Shown here piece by piece: positions 48,281-61,318 of a stretch of 64,000 bases of DNA. Below the pieces are notes generated by a model. It did not search any database. It had not been told where the DNA came from and saw only the letters and a program-made list of their open reading frames with translations. This DNA is from Octopus vulgaris. Taxonomy: Eukaryota. A program made the position numbers and the translations under genes. Every line of letters begins with the position of its first letter. Within the stretch, counting starts at the first letter, position 1. The stretch spans positions 55,428,001 to 55,492,000 of the forward strand of contig OX597818.1 of the NCBI GenBank assembly GCA_951406725.2, read 5' to 3'.

Positions 48281-49391
48281 TAACTATTGAAGTGCAAAAC
48301 GCTCCTCACGATCGCAGGTTCGTGAGATGGTTGTGACCTGTAAACAGTTTTAAGTAGGAACCAGAAAGAGAAGTATGAACACCCAATGAGCGTGTGCACA
48401 CTGGATTATTTGTTAAACGGAAGAAAAGAATAGAAACGCAATGCGCAAGTCACATCATGCTTTATTTTGCTGTTTTAATTATGCAGATTGCACCATGTTT
48501 CTGTATTCGTTTCCTTAAATTTTCTTCGTGTTGGCAGAGGAAAAAAATATTAAGAAACGCAGAAAAACGAAAGAAATGTTTATATTGAGAAAGGAAATAC
48601 GTCCCCGTCACTTAGCAGTTCGGCAAAAGAGACCGATAGAATAAGTACTAGGTTTACAAAGAATAAGTCCTGGGGTCGATTTGCTCGACTAAATGCGGTA
48701 CTCCAGCATGGCCGCAGTCAAATGACTGAAACAAGTAAAAGAGTAAATATATATATATATCTTTGACACCCACTCCTTCTTCTCCCCTCTCTAATTCCTT
48801 CTTTCTCTCTCTTCTCCCCCCTTTGTTGCCTTCGTCCCTCTTTTTTCTCTCTCTCTTTGTTTTCTTTACCCCCCTTCCTTTCTCTTTTTTCCGTCACGTG
48901 ACCGCTGGCCAAATCAGCCTTTTGGCCTCCGACCAGCGTCGTGAGAACATCGTTGTATTTGTTTGCCGAAAAGGCATTTTTTCCAAAATACGCCAGCTAA
49001 ACTTGTTGTACTGTTATTAGTCGTAAGACACCTGCTGTTTTCGCCCTGTTTTTTTACCATTATTGCTTTTTGTATTTCATTTTTGTTTTTTGTATTTCAT
49101 TATTGTTTTTTGTATTTTATATTCGTGTGGCATCGTCCGTTTTTTCGTATACATTCGATCCTTCTTCCAAGAAATCTAATGCTCGTAGCTTAGTTTTTCC
49201 TTGGGGCTGGCCGGATCGGAGCGATCTCAAGATTAATGAGCCGAAATTGCTACGATGATCCGGTTCTTGACTGAAGATTGAGGGCTTCGAATGTCCCGTC
49301 CGTGTTTTTTGTATCGTCTTTTTGTGTTTTGCGTTCTTGTCCCAGTTTGTATTTTTCTACATATAATAATTATATATATATACATATATAT

Positions 49392-49441
<50 letters not shown>

Positions 49442-50701
49442 GTGAGTGGGCAAAGGAGAGAAGGGCACCTAACCAATTTATTGGGAGTTACCTGAATGGA
49501 TCAAAACAGTTTGAATCAAATTTGTTGGTAATCTTGAGTTTCAAGCGTAACGCTAGTGGTCAGGTATTTTGAAATTGAATGACAGAAGTTGATTGTTATT
49601 ACCGTAAGGTGGGCTGCGGTTGGTCGAGGAAGGTCACGCGGTATCGTGGTTTGATGACCACGTGGAGGACAGGAAATAGACCGCATGGCGATTAGGAAAT
49701 CGGTCAGGTTGTTGGCGGGGGTAGTAGGAAGGAGCAGCATGTGCAAGTATATAGTTCTATATGTGGCTGTGTGGACGCGCCGCTCTTATGGTTTTGCGTG
49801 CATGTGTGTATTGATGCAAGTGGGCGCATCTGTACATGGACGTTCACTTCTGTCCCCTCCACTGACACACACGCTTGAACGCGTGCGTGTTCGTCCAAGC
49901 ATGTGTGTGTGTGTGTGTGCTGGTCAACTTTCTCTTTTCTCTTACTAATTCTGTTTTTAAATCCATTTGAGGATTTCTTCCAGGCGTTAATCCATCACAC
50001 CCATGTTTGACCGAAAGATGCTATTTATTGTCTTCGTCTATCGTTACTTTCGTACGTCCACCCTGCATTATTTTGTTTGCTCGAACCCTAATTCTATGCA
50101 AATCTTGCGGGTGCCGCCGAAATACGATGTTCCCAGTCTTATCGTTAACGGCACGAAACTGCTTATTAGTATTTTTCGTCGATAACTAATGAAGCATTTG
50201 GGTCCATGTGTCTGTCCTACGTGTATGTTTTGTAGTATTTCGTGCATTTTTCATTAATATATTTGCCACAGACTTTCCAGAAGAACCTATGTGTAGATGT
50301 ATATATATATAGATATACATGTAATATGTACACATATATACATGCACTAGCACCATGACCCGGCAAAGACGGGTCATAATGCTAGTATATATATAGGAAT
50401 GGCTGTATTGTAAGAAGCTTGCTTACAACATGGTTCTGGGTTCATTGCCACAGAACTAAACTAACAGAACATCGCTATACTTCGCACCGGCATAGGTCGC
50501 CTGTGCTTGAAATTGTCGTTTGTGCAGTGAGTACGCGTCGTCTGCTTCCAGGAAGAGTACCACTGCTGCCTCTGTTCTCCGCCTTTTGCGTAGGTGTGGT
50601 TCGACATCGAAGCCGGTGCACTCGACTGCTGTCCGCTGTGGCTAATAATAGTCGCTAAACAATTACATTGACAGGGCGTGTTAGTATGGAAATCTCTATA
50701 G

Positions 50702-50769
50702 ATATGCAGCTCCTTACTTTTATCTCGAGGGACTACAGCTATTTGTGGCAATATGTACACACATACATG

Positions 50770-50846
<77 letters not shown>

Positions 50847-50859
50847 GTGTATGTACGTA

Positions 50860-50907
<48 letters not shown>

Positions 50908-50973
50908 TGTATGTGTGTACACATTGCCACAAGTAACTGTAGTCCCTCGAGATAAAAGTAAGGAGCTGCATAT
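50702..50973. repeat. 68-bp inverted repeat around (TA)n tracts
   Basis: atatgcagctccttacttttatctcgagggactacag... at 50702-50769 is inverted at 50906-50973. Confidence 0.9.
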
Positions 50974-51042
50974 TAATGGCGGTGCCCCAGCATGGCCACA
51001 GCTTGTGAGCTGAAACTAGATAAAAATAAAAAATAAAATAAA

Positions 51043-51075
<33 letters not shown>

Positions 51076-51089
51076 AATGTATGTATGTA

Positions 51090-51140
<51 letters not shown>

Positions 51141-51367
51141 TGTGTGCATGTACATATGTGCGCGTGTGTGCATGTACGTATATGCATATGTATATATAAG
51201 TGCATTAGAGTTGGTTAAATGGTTGCTTGTTATGCATACGCTGCACCTAACGTTTTCTGTATATTTGCATATATGCAACCTTTAGTATGTGTGTATATAC
51301 ATATATAATGTACATATATATATACGCATATATATGTACCCCACCCACATTCTATAGTATGCTGTTG

Positions 51368-51493
<126 letters not shown>

Positions 51494-51498
51494 GTATG

Positions 51499-51558
<60 letters not shown>

Positions 51559-52110
51559 TATAGCATTTATAAATCTGATTCTCTTCGCTATTATTGTGCT
51601 TTTGCGAATCGCTTTTCCCAGAAAAGCTATTTTCGGTATAACAAGAAAAATATTCTAGTTTCCTACCCTCTCGTTTCCTGCTAGTTAATTTTAATTCACA
51701 TTTTTAAACTTGCTAACATAGATTCGAGCACATATGCAAAGTCTTCTACCCAGCAAATTCTTCGTATTTTGCGTTTTTGATTTCTCATCTTACAGTTTCA
51801 AACGTTCGGCCCGCAAGCCCAGTCTATCCGATCCTTGACTCACTTTTATTCCAAAAGGCTTTATTATTAAGAGTGTTGTGGCTCGTTTGAACCATTGTGA
51901 TAAAGAAGCAAAATTACCAAATAGTGAAGTCGGAGGGCTTCTTACACAGCGCAGAGGAAAAGGTTAAAAAACCTTCATATATTTCAGGCACAAAGACTCA
52001 TCATCTTTATTTGTTATATTCTAAAGTATAAAATATTTTGAATGACAACAATGCATTGTAATTCAAACAATGGACTATAATAACTGTTGTAATTTAATTA
52101 TCCATAGTCT

Positions 52111-52149
52111 GATATGATATTTCGGAATAAAATTCCTTCTTCAGATATC
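52111..52149 (-). ncRNA. Minimal type-I hammerhead ribozyme
   Basis: GATAT-CTGAAGA-A-GGAAT(ttt)ATTCC-GAAA-TA-TC-ATATC. Confidence 0.82.
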
Positions 52150-52164
52150 CATCAATTCCTAGGA

Positions 52165-52202
52165 ATATCTGAAGAAGGAATTTTATTCCGAAATATCATA
52201 TC
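52165..52202 (+). ncRNA. Minimal type-I hammerhead ribozyme
   Basis: ATAT-CTGAAGA-A-GGAAT(ttt)ATTCC-GAAA-TA-TC-ATAT. Confidence 0.82.
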
Positions 52203-52648
52203 AGACTATGGATAATTAAATTACAACAGTTATTATAGTCCACTGTTTGTATTATAGTGCATTGTTGTGTCATTCAAAATATTTTATTCTTTACCAACAA
52301 TACACAATGCTTCAAGCGAACTACAATACTCTTCTTGTTATATTCTGTAAAATATAAATCGTTTGCAGTCGAATCGGTGCACCTCAACACATCTTTCGTT
52401 ATCTCAATTAATGAAGATAAAGCTTATGTTTCCATTTACTGAAAGATGTGACTTATTTCACCTTTTCTTTGTGTATACATGCCAAGCCAAACGAAAGTAT
52501 TCTTTTCGCACGTGTTCGTCCGATCTGATTCTTGAGGTATGAATGATATTAAAAGGCATTGCTCCTAAAACTCTACTAACTTTCAATCAAGCATTGACTT
52601 TCTCCAGAGCTGAATGTATTTAAGATGCGTTTCTTAATAAAACTGCAT

Positions 52649-53056
52649 CAGGAGTGGCTGTGTGGTAAGTAGCTTGCTAACCAACCACATGGTTCCGGGT
52701 TCAGTCCCACTGCGTGGCATCTTGGGCAAGTGTCTTCTGCTATAGCCCCGGGCCGACCAAAGACTTGTGAGTGGATTTGGTAGACGGAAACTGAAAGAAG
52801 CCTGTCGTATATATGTATATATATATATATGTGTATGTGTGTGTGTTTGTGTGTCTGTGTTTGTCCCCCTAGCATTGCTTGACAACCGATGCTGGTGTGT
52901 TTACGTCCCCGACACTTAGCGGTTCGGCAAAAGAGACCGAGAGAATAAGTACTGGGCTTACAAAGAATAAGTCCTGGGGTCGATTTGCTCGACTAAAGGC
53001 GGTGCTCCAGCATGGCCGCAGTCAAATGACTGAAACAAGTAAAAGAGTAAAAGAGT
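52649..53056 (+). mobile_element. SINE family A
   Basis: Near-identical to 47871-48280. Confidence 0.92.
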
Positions 53057-53249
53057 ATATATCCCATATGAATACGTTTTTCCCTCTTATTGATCCATTT
53101 ATCCATTTAGTTTGATCTGCATTGCAAATAGGGCTTTTAGAAATAATTGTTCCAATCTGGGCCATAAAATCTAGTTTTTACTTGAATTCGGTCTGGAAAC
53201 TAAACGATTTTGATACCCCTGGCCTACCTATACAGAATTGTGGGGGAAA

Positions 53250-54067
53250 AGCACACATTGTATCAACGAAAGCAATGTTTGGGTACATATTCTGTAAGCT
53301 AGAGGATAACAGCAGCATCGACAGGAAGAGTAGCCTCACCTGAACCTGTAATAGACACATTACATTCCACCTGGAAGGCTATACCTTCGCTATCCAGGAA
53401 CAACAGAAAGCTTCTAACTATTTGTTAAACAAGAGAGAAAAATGATAGCATCAAACCTCCACGTTGAAAATGTCGGCTGTGCTATACCAGAGTGAAAGAT
53501 ATCGTCCATATCATCAACAGCTCAGCCAAAATATTGACAAGATACCACCTATCCTTGAGACACGATATAGTTGTAAAAATTATTTACAATGCTATCTGCA
53601 GGAAGGGTTGCCCTCACAGATACATCAAAAGCATGTCAGAACCAGCTTGTATTCACACTTTGAAAAATTAGGAATGCTGGTGGAAAACTTCAATCAAAAA
53701 CAGCAAATCTCTGCAAGTACAAGACTTGATGTTGTTCTGTGGAAGAGAAAACATAAATCGTGCACTGTTGGAGAGGTCAACTGTCCAGTGATTTGAACGT
53801 ACCATCAGAGGTCCAGGAGAAAGATAACATTTATGGTGAATTAATGCGGCTCTTGCACCCTTACGGCTCTTGTTCCCTGACTGTAAATTTTACTTTGTGT
53901 CCATTATCATAAGGTCATTAGGCTATGTACCGACACATTAACACAAAAAAAACTAGAAATACGAGGTTTTTCAAAGAAAGAGCAAAATGAAGTGACAGAT
54001 TCTCCAAATCCAATCTATTAATGGCACAGTGAAGATTTGAAAGACATTCCACAGAATCTTCATCTGA
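53250..54067 (+). pseudogene. Decayed R4/Dong-like RLE retrotransposon C-terminus
   Basis: HLEGYTFAIQEQ; KCRLC...H...RHD zinc knuckle (53468-53566); RLDVVLWKRKHKSCTVGEVNCP...EKDNIYGEL PD-(D/E)xK nuclease region. Frameshifted. Confidence 0.82.
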
Positions 54068-54446
54068 GATTTTAACGATGTATAGATGCACACACTTGGG
54101 TAAATGCATTGACTGTCAACCAACCCACCGATTCAATCACATATTTACAGACACCAGAATCGCTCTTAAATTATAAAGTCTTGTGCGCTTTGTTTTGTCT
54201 GCGACCAGCTTGAACCCTCTTAAAAAGAACTTAAATCTAAAAAAAAACATACATGCATGCATACATACATACATACATACATACATACATACATACATAC
54301 ATACATACGTGCATACACATATGCAGCCATGCATGCATACATAAGTACATCCATGTATGCATGTATGTGACAGGGAATATATTTGTATACATATAAATAT
54401 GAGTATGTGTGTGTATATATACGTATATATATACGTATATATATAC

Positions 54447-54493
<47 letters not shown>

Positions 54494-54600
54494 CGTGTGT
54501 GTATATTTCTATATTTCTATGTATGTACTCATACAGACATATGGGTGAATGCAGATATATGTGTATGCATATGTGTGCATGAATGTTTATATACATATTC

Positions 54601-54632
<32 letters not shown>

Positions 54633-54731
54633 GTACATGTATGTATGTATACATACACGTATACACTTATATAAATGTATCTCTCTCTTTCCTTCCCTAT
54701 ACACACACACATATGTATATATGTATATATG

Positions 54732-54791
<60 letters not shown>

Positions 54792-55144
54792 TATATGCAT
54801 ACACACACTCATGTATATACATATGCATGTATGTATTGACATTCACAGATGGATGCTGTTTATCCATGTAAGTGGCTTCATATTTACACGTATTCATTGC
54901 TGTTATACTATACAACATCACATATATTACATGACAGATATGTATTTCATACACATGCTCGGGTATATAATTCCACAGCGAGAAAATAGTCATGTGTCTG
55001 TCTGACTGCCTGTCTGGCCGTCTGTCTGGACGAGTGTCTGTCTGGATGAGTGTCTGTCTGTCGGTCTGTCTGTTTAAGCATCTATGCGTGCACCTGTCTA
55101 TATATCCGTCAATATATCTATCTATTTATATTTAGTTCCTTTTA

Positions 55145-55190
<46 letters not shown>

Positions 55191-55301
55191 GTGCATCTCT
55201 CCTCCTCTCTCGATCTCACTCCATTTGTATAGACACTATTCTACATACATATATGTATATGCATATATACAATCATACATATGTGTGAATATATGTTAAT
55301 A

Positions 55302-55351
<50 letters not shown>

Positions 55352-55416
55352 ATTCAAAATGTGACCGCGATTTTTTTTTCTCCGTCTTCCCTTCTCTGGA
55401 TTTTTCCTTTTCTTAT

Positions 55417-55451
55417 GTTTCTGACGAAGAACTCCGCTCGAAACGTAAAGC
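55417..55451 (+). ncRNA. Minimal type-I hammerhead in a pLTR-like short repeat (~55360-55552)
   Basis: GTTT-CTGACGA-A-GAAC(tcc)GCTC-GAAA-CG-TA-AAGC. One stem II mismatch; downstream cctgagcgt..taatac is shared with the 47370 family. Confidence 0.72.
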
Positions 55452-55551
55452 CATCCTTCTTCCCTTCCTTCCTGAGCGTCCAGTAATACTATATTTGTTC
55501 CACGTCCTCGCGTTGTTGTGTTTTCTCTTTGTGTTTTCATGTTTGGATTAA

Positions 55552-55624
<73 letters not shown>

Positions 55625-55902
55625 CATACATATACTCACATATATGCATACCTATACACACACCTGCACACACACACACACACACGCATATTCATATACT
55701 ACACACACACATAGTGTACTTGTGCCGTCATGTTTTACGGCATATTTTCAGAAATGAGCGGACATTGGTATTTAATAAATACATCGACGTGACATACATT
55801 TCATCTATTTTCTTATAGACTCGCTACACCACATTATATATCGCTGGACAAGCTTCAGTGTTTATTTACCAAACGTAGAATGTTTGTCCAAAATCATTCC
55901 AT

Positions 55903-55933
<31 letters not shown>

Positions 55934-57303
55934 ACATAAAATCTCCCAAAACTAGACGTTAATATCTAAACTTTATCTAAATCTAATTAGGTTACCTATG
56001 AAGAAAAACCAACCGATACGAAAGTGATTTCCACAAACTATGAATTCCACAGAATGAAGGACAAATCAGAATGATAAAACTGAGATATAAGAAATTCACA
56101 ATCGAGCATGACAAATCTATATTTGCAACATCAGCTGCCAAACGGATATCGCTGTGGTTTCGACACCTGGACAGTACCATTCAATCCGGCGATGTCAACA
56201 GCGTTAAAAATATAAACGCTGCCCAAGAATCCGCTAGCTTATTACTACAAGTGCCAACATCAGAGTAAACAAATAGTAATAACTTAGAGCTACAGCATAG
56301 TTCTCATAAAACACAAAACGTACTCCAAAACATTCAAACACTGCAGCAAACATAGTCCTCTTGTTTTGTTTCTGTTGTGGAAGGATTCCGACCCCCCCCC
56401 CCAGGTGACTAAAAGTGGACTGACGCATTGCTATAAAAAAGACAACTGTCGAATCGTCAGCAATTGATTGTAAGCAATTGATTGGGAAAGCAGTTCACTG
56501 TGAGCCGTTAACAGAAGCGTTTAATCTCATGTAACAGTAATCGTAGGGCGTTGTGTGAATACTTTCCTTCCTCTTGCTTCGTTAAATTATATATCAGTAG
56601 TGAATCTTGCAAGTATAAAGTGGATTCGATCCACTATAGCCAAATTTAAATTAACAGTTCAACAGAACTTTTCTCACGGTAAAACAATAGTTTTTCTGTG
56701 ACATTTGCCAGATTGCCTTAGCTTGGCCGAAATATGTCTTCATCACTTGACCCTTTCTAACCTCTTCTACTTCACCAAAAGCTAGAATAGAGATATCACA
56801 GTACCACCAACGAAGCCCATCGTTCTCAACGATATATCTTTCCTTCTGGATAGTTATAAAAGCAAGAACCCGCAAACAAAAGACAGTTAGTCACTTAGTG
56901 ACGACTCAACCAGTGGTCACTCGGTGACAACTGAGTGAGTCGGCTCGTGACAACTCAATCAGTTAGGGAACGGACTGCTAGAATCATGATCACAAGCAAG
57001 GCAGCTACTAAAGACAATAGTCAGAGAAATGAAATTTATTGTCAGCAACAATGAGACACCTTCGCATGACTCTATAACTTTCACTAACTCTAATTCTGTT
57101 CTCTTACAACATCATGCTATCGCTATCTGTGGATTAACTACTAACAACGTGTACACAAAAACTATACAAAGAAAAATTCTACCACATCTAACTTTCTTTC
57201 ACATGATTTTATAATCTGCCCAACGAGGCAAGGTAGTTTCAACGTAACGGTAAATAAATACTTTCTTAAAACTTCATGCATTGTCCATCTTTCACATCCT
57301 ACA

Positions 57304-57691
57304 TATATGGAGGCACTCCGTCGGTTACGACGACGAGGGTTCCGGTTGATCCGAATCAATGGAACAGCCTGCTTGTGAAATTAACGTGTAAGTGGCTGAG
57401 CACTCCACAGACACGAGTACCCTTAACGTAGTTCTCGGGGATATTCAGCGTGACACAGTGAGTGACAAGGCCGGCCCTTTGAAATACAGGTACAACAGAA
57501 ACAGGAAGTAAGAGTGAGAGAAAGTTGTGGTGAAAGAGTACAGCAGGGATCACCACCATCCCCTGCCGGAGCCTTGTGGAGCTTTTAGGTGTTTTCGCTC
57601 AATAAACACCCACAACGCCCGGTCTGGGAATCGAAACCGCGATCCTATGACCGCGAGTCCGCTGCCCTAACCACTGGGCCATTGCGCCTCC
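57304..57691 (-). mobile_element. SINE family C (full length) with TSD
   Basis: TSD cacatcctaca. Confidence 0.92.
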
Positions 57692-58284
57692 ACATCCTAC
57701 AACATGCCGTTATAATAACAAATTTTTATCGTTACAACTGCTGACTCCGTCATTTCATATTATTCTGTACCTAATTAATCTTAACCGTTACATATCCAAC
57801 ACCAGGATATAAAAGTTTCTCAATCTACATCACATCACAGCCCATAAAAAAAAAAAATCCTTAAAGATGTTTCAGCCCGAAAGCTGCGGCCATGCTGGGG
57901 CACCACCGTTGAATGTGTTACACTAGTATGTGAAACCACCTCTGACACGTGGCACTTGATCAACAAGGGAGTTCGGCGCCGTTGCCCGCATCTGTGTTTC
58001 CTGCCGAGAGGTAGGTTCAACTGGAACCCCTGACAAGAAGAGATCCAGTTTATAAGATTGTTACGGTGAAACATATCTACATAAGAATATACAAATTTTA
58101 TTCAATATCCGTTCATTTCATATATTTCCAATGGAAAGCTGCTCCTATCCTTTTGGAATCGAGAATCATGCGTCCGTCCATTCAAAAACTAAATTCTTTC
58201 TGTTTGCACATTGTGTCTCACTTGAGTTCATCCAACAGCATTCGGCTTTTCGTACTTTAGTTCTGACAGTGCAAGCTTCATATT

Positions 58285-58334
58285 TCAGACAGACAGACAG
58301 ATAGATAGGAAAGTAGACAGACGGACAGACAAAC

Positions 58335-58421
<87 letters not shown>

Positions 58422-58565
58422 CTGACAGACAGATAGATAAACAGATCGATAGATAGATAAACAGATAGATAAGATAGACACAGATAGAGAAATAGACACA
58501 AACAGATAGATAAGATAGACAGACAGATAGATAAGATAGACGCACACAGACAGATAGATAGATAG
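58285..58565. repeat. (GATA)n/(GACA)n microsatellite
   Basis: Directly visible; similar tracts at 20665-20865 and 42810-42968. Confidence 0.95.
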
Positions 58566-59445
58566 CACTGTATCATAGTAAATGTACTTAGACCGTTGAA
58601 TAGTATGATGCGGCGGCTTTTATCAGAGAAAATCTCTTCATAGATACGTTGTATTTAAAACACGATACGCGTTTTAAATGACTGACGAGAAGCTCAGACC
58701 CGTTTGTCCCTGCTTACGGCTTTACAATGTCATGCACTTTGAAACTTGTTAAGGGAGAGAGAGGAAGGTAAAAGGAGAGAGGGAGAGAGAGACTGGAGCC
58801 AAATTGTGAGCGAGGTGATCTAGAGTTATCTCTCTTTAATTCGTTTTGGGGAGAAATTCATTTGAGTCATGTTTCGGATGCGATCTAACCACACCAAAAG
58901 ACTTGAGCGGGTCACAAGGATCAAACATTTCACGGTGAAATAGCTAAGCACTTTTAAGCGTCGCTAAATAAAAAGAAACCAAAGACATACATTTAGGGTG
59001 TTCCCTATTTATTTAATACTTGACAATGTTCAGCACACCCTGATTCAACACCTAAAAATAAGGAAACCACGACAGAGTCGTCGCCCAATTTAAAGAGAAG
59101 TAACGTCAAATCTCACTTAAATCACATCCCTGTGTTAGTTTTGCAAATAAATAAGATGGTTGGGTGTTGTAGCGCCATCTGCGTTGTGATTTCGAAAGAG
59201 AGGTGTGTGTGTATTTGTGACGTCAAAGCTGTGCCTTTTCTAGATTGTTTTAGGGTGCGTACAGGAGGGTGATTGGCCTGTCTAATGTTTCTTCGTTTGA
59301 GGCTGTTGAACTTCAAAATTCTAATTTTGCGCAGATTCGGATACATACAGAAAATTTGGCGTTTCTGTTACAAGAAATTGTAGAGGTTAGTAAGTGCATT
59401 TATTTATTCAGTATTTTAGCTCGGTGCTTGTAAAACTGCTTAGTC

Positions 59446-59801
59446 CAGTGATTCTCAGCCGAAGTCTATATGGCCCCTAACCGTCCATATATAACTTTTA
59501 GGGGTCCATGCAATAAAATAGTATATTCGAGATCAGCATTAGTCTTTTAAGGGCCCTTGAAAAAAAATTCCTTTAGATTTATGTATTGGTATGTATTGCA
59601 AGAAACAGCTGGGTTTCTTTCACTAACATTTTACAGGGTTCAATCTACACAAGTTAATGTTTGAAAAACTAAATAGGAATTTTGAAAGAAGATTCTTGTA
59701 AGGTAATTTTTAAGCATCGAATAACTATGGGGATCCACCAAAATAAAATAGTAATCAAGGAGTCCATAGATGTAAAAAAAAAAAATAGTTGAGAACCCTT
59801 G
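59446..59801. mobile_element. hAT MITE
   Basis: cagtgattctca / tgagaacccttg ends; TSD gcttagtc/gcctagtc. Homologous to 14646-14991. Confidence 0.85.
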
Positions 59802-59984
59802 GCCTAGTCGTAAGTCCTCAAGTTTTTAGATTTTTCTCTTGCGTTCCAGTGTCACTTAAATAAAAAGGCAAAAAAAAAAAGCTGGGGATAAGATCTTCCT
59901 CAAAGTGAAAGGTCCATATTTTTTTTTTATTTGTGTTCATGTATTTTTTGTGTGGTTTTTGGTGATTGATTTTCGAGAAATCTA

Positions 59985-60864
59985 CCAGGTCTGTTCAATA
60001 AGTATCCGGACTGTTGCCATAGTAACGAAGCTAAAGCACGCAGAGTGAAGCCACTTGGTGAAGATTGACCTTAAATTCTGCTGTGCATGCGCACTAAGTT
60101 TTAACGTTCTCGCTCTCTTCTGCTGTTTACAGCAATGCTTGGAAGGAAGGTGTGTAGCGTGTGATCGTCGCAGTTGACTAAGACTGAGAAAGTTTTCATG
60201 GTGATACCTGCTCAGAAGCCTACACAAAATTGCACAAAGTGTATGGAGATGAGTGTAGAACCGCACACAGATGTACAAGTGGTTCAGACGTTTCCAAGAT
60301 GGCCGAATAAGGGTCGATAGTAACGAACGTTCTGGGTGACTCGCGACCAGTAGAACTGAGAAAAACATCGCAGATGCGCATACAGCTATGAGGGGAAATC
60401 GAGGAATCACCATCCGTGAGTTATCAGAGGATGTGCAGATTAGATACGGTTCAGTTCAGTCCGTTATCACCAAATATTTGGGTATGAGACTCGTGTCTGC
60501 CAAATTTGTGCCAAAACTGCTTTCAGCTGACCAAAGAGACACTAGGGTCTCAGTTGCACAAGATCTCACTGATTGTGTCGAGAACGATGAGAACTTCTGG
60601 AAAACTTTTCGTAGGCCCCTGAGCAGGTATCGCCAAGCTTTTGGCAAAATTTGATGCAGATTCTCTGTCGTGGTCAATGCAACGATCGCACGCTACACAC
60701 CTTCCTTCTAAGCACTACTGTTATCAGCGGAAGTGAGCTAGAACTTTAAAACTTAGTGCGCGTGCACATCAGAGTACAAGGTCAATCTGTGCAAGCGGCT
60801 TCACTCTGCATGTTTCAGCTTCGTTACTATAGCAACAGTCCGGATACATATTGATCAGACCACG
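59985..60864 (+). mobile_element. Mariner derivative with ~200-bp TIRs and N-terminal transposase remnant
   Basis: TA-flanked with long inverted arms. Encodes YKWFRRFQDGR...ITIRELSEDVQIRYGSVQSVITKYLGMRLVSAKFVPKLL (HTH and WVPxxL-like motif); no DDD domain. Confidence 0.9.
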
Positions 60865-60909
60865 TATAAGAGCATTTGTTTGGTGTTACTGTGTTAGTAT
60901 ATCTTTTTC

Positions 60910-61260
60910 CTTTTACTTATCTTGATCATTAACTGCGGCCATACTGGGGCACTACCTTGAAGAATTCGTTGTCGAATGAATCAACCCATGTACTTAATTT
61001 TTCTTTTAAGCCTGGTACTTATTCTATCGGCCTCTTTTGCCAAACCGCTAGGTTACGCGGGCGTAAACTCGCTTAAACTGGTTGTTAAGCGTCGGTGAGG
61101 GACAAACACAGACACTCACACACATACACATATATATATATATGACGGGCTTCTTCCAGTTTCCGCCTCCCAAATCCACTGATAAAACATTGATCGGTCC
61201 GTGGCTACAGTTAAAAAACCCTTGCCCAAAGTGCCACGCAGTGGGACTGAACCCGAAACC
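60910..61260 (-). mobile_element. Diverged SINE family A
   Basis: Reverse complement of family A. Confidence 0.8.
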
Positions 61261-61318
61261 ACTAACAATTTATCGGGTCGGTGCCACAGCATGGTCGCAA
61301 TCTAATGACTGAAGCAAA

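Larger units (their letters stand above)
52028..52287. mobile_element. 260-bp palindromic element with two back-to-back hammerheads
   Basis: About 120-bp arms around a 16-bp spacer; the inner ~75 bp are perfectly inverted. Confidence 0.9.

Noticed and set aside
49209-49296. HDV-like (GGCCGG...CGAAUG) or hammerhead (CUGAAGA at 49271) reading
   Set aside because: No P3/L3 or P1.1 GG for HDV; stems II and III cannot be placed correctly for a hammerhead.
49614-49685. Hairpin tgcggtt...gaccgca
   Set aside because: Large purine-purine internal loop; not precursor-like.
58682-58710. CTGACGA hammerhead-like word
   Set aside because: No GAAA or supporting stems.
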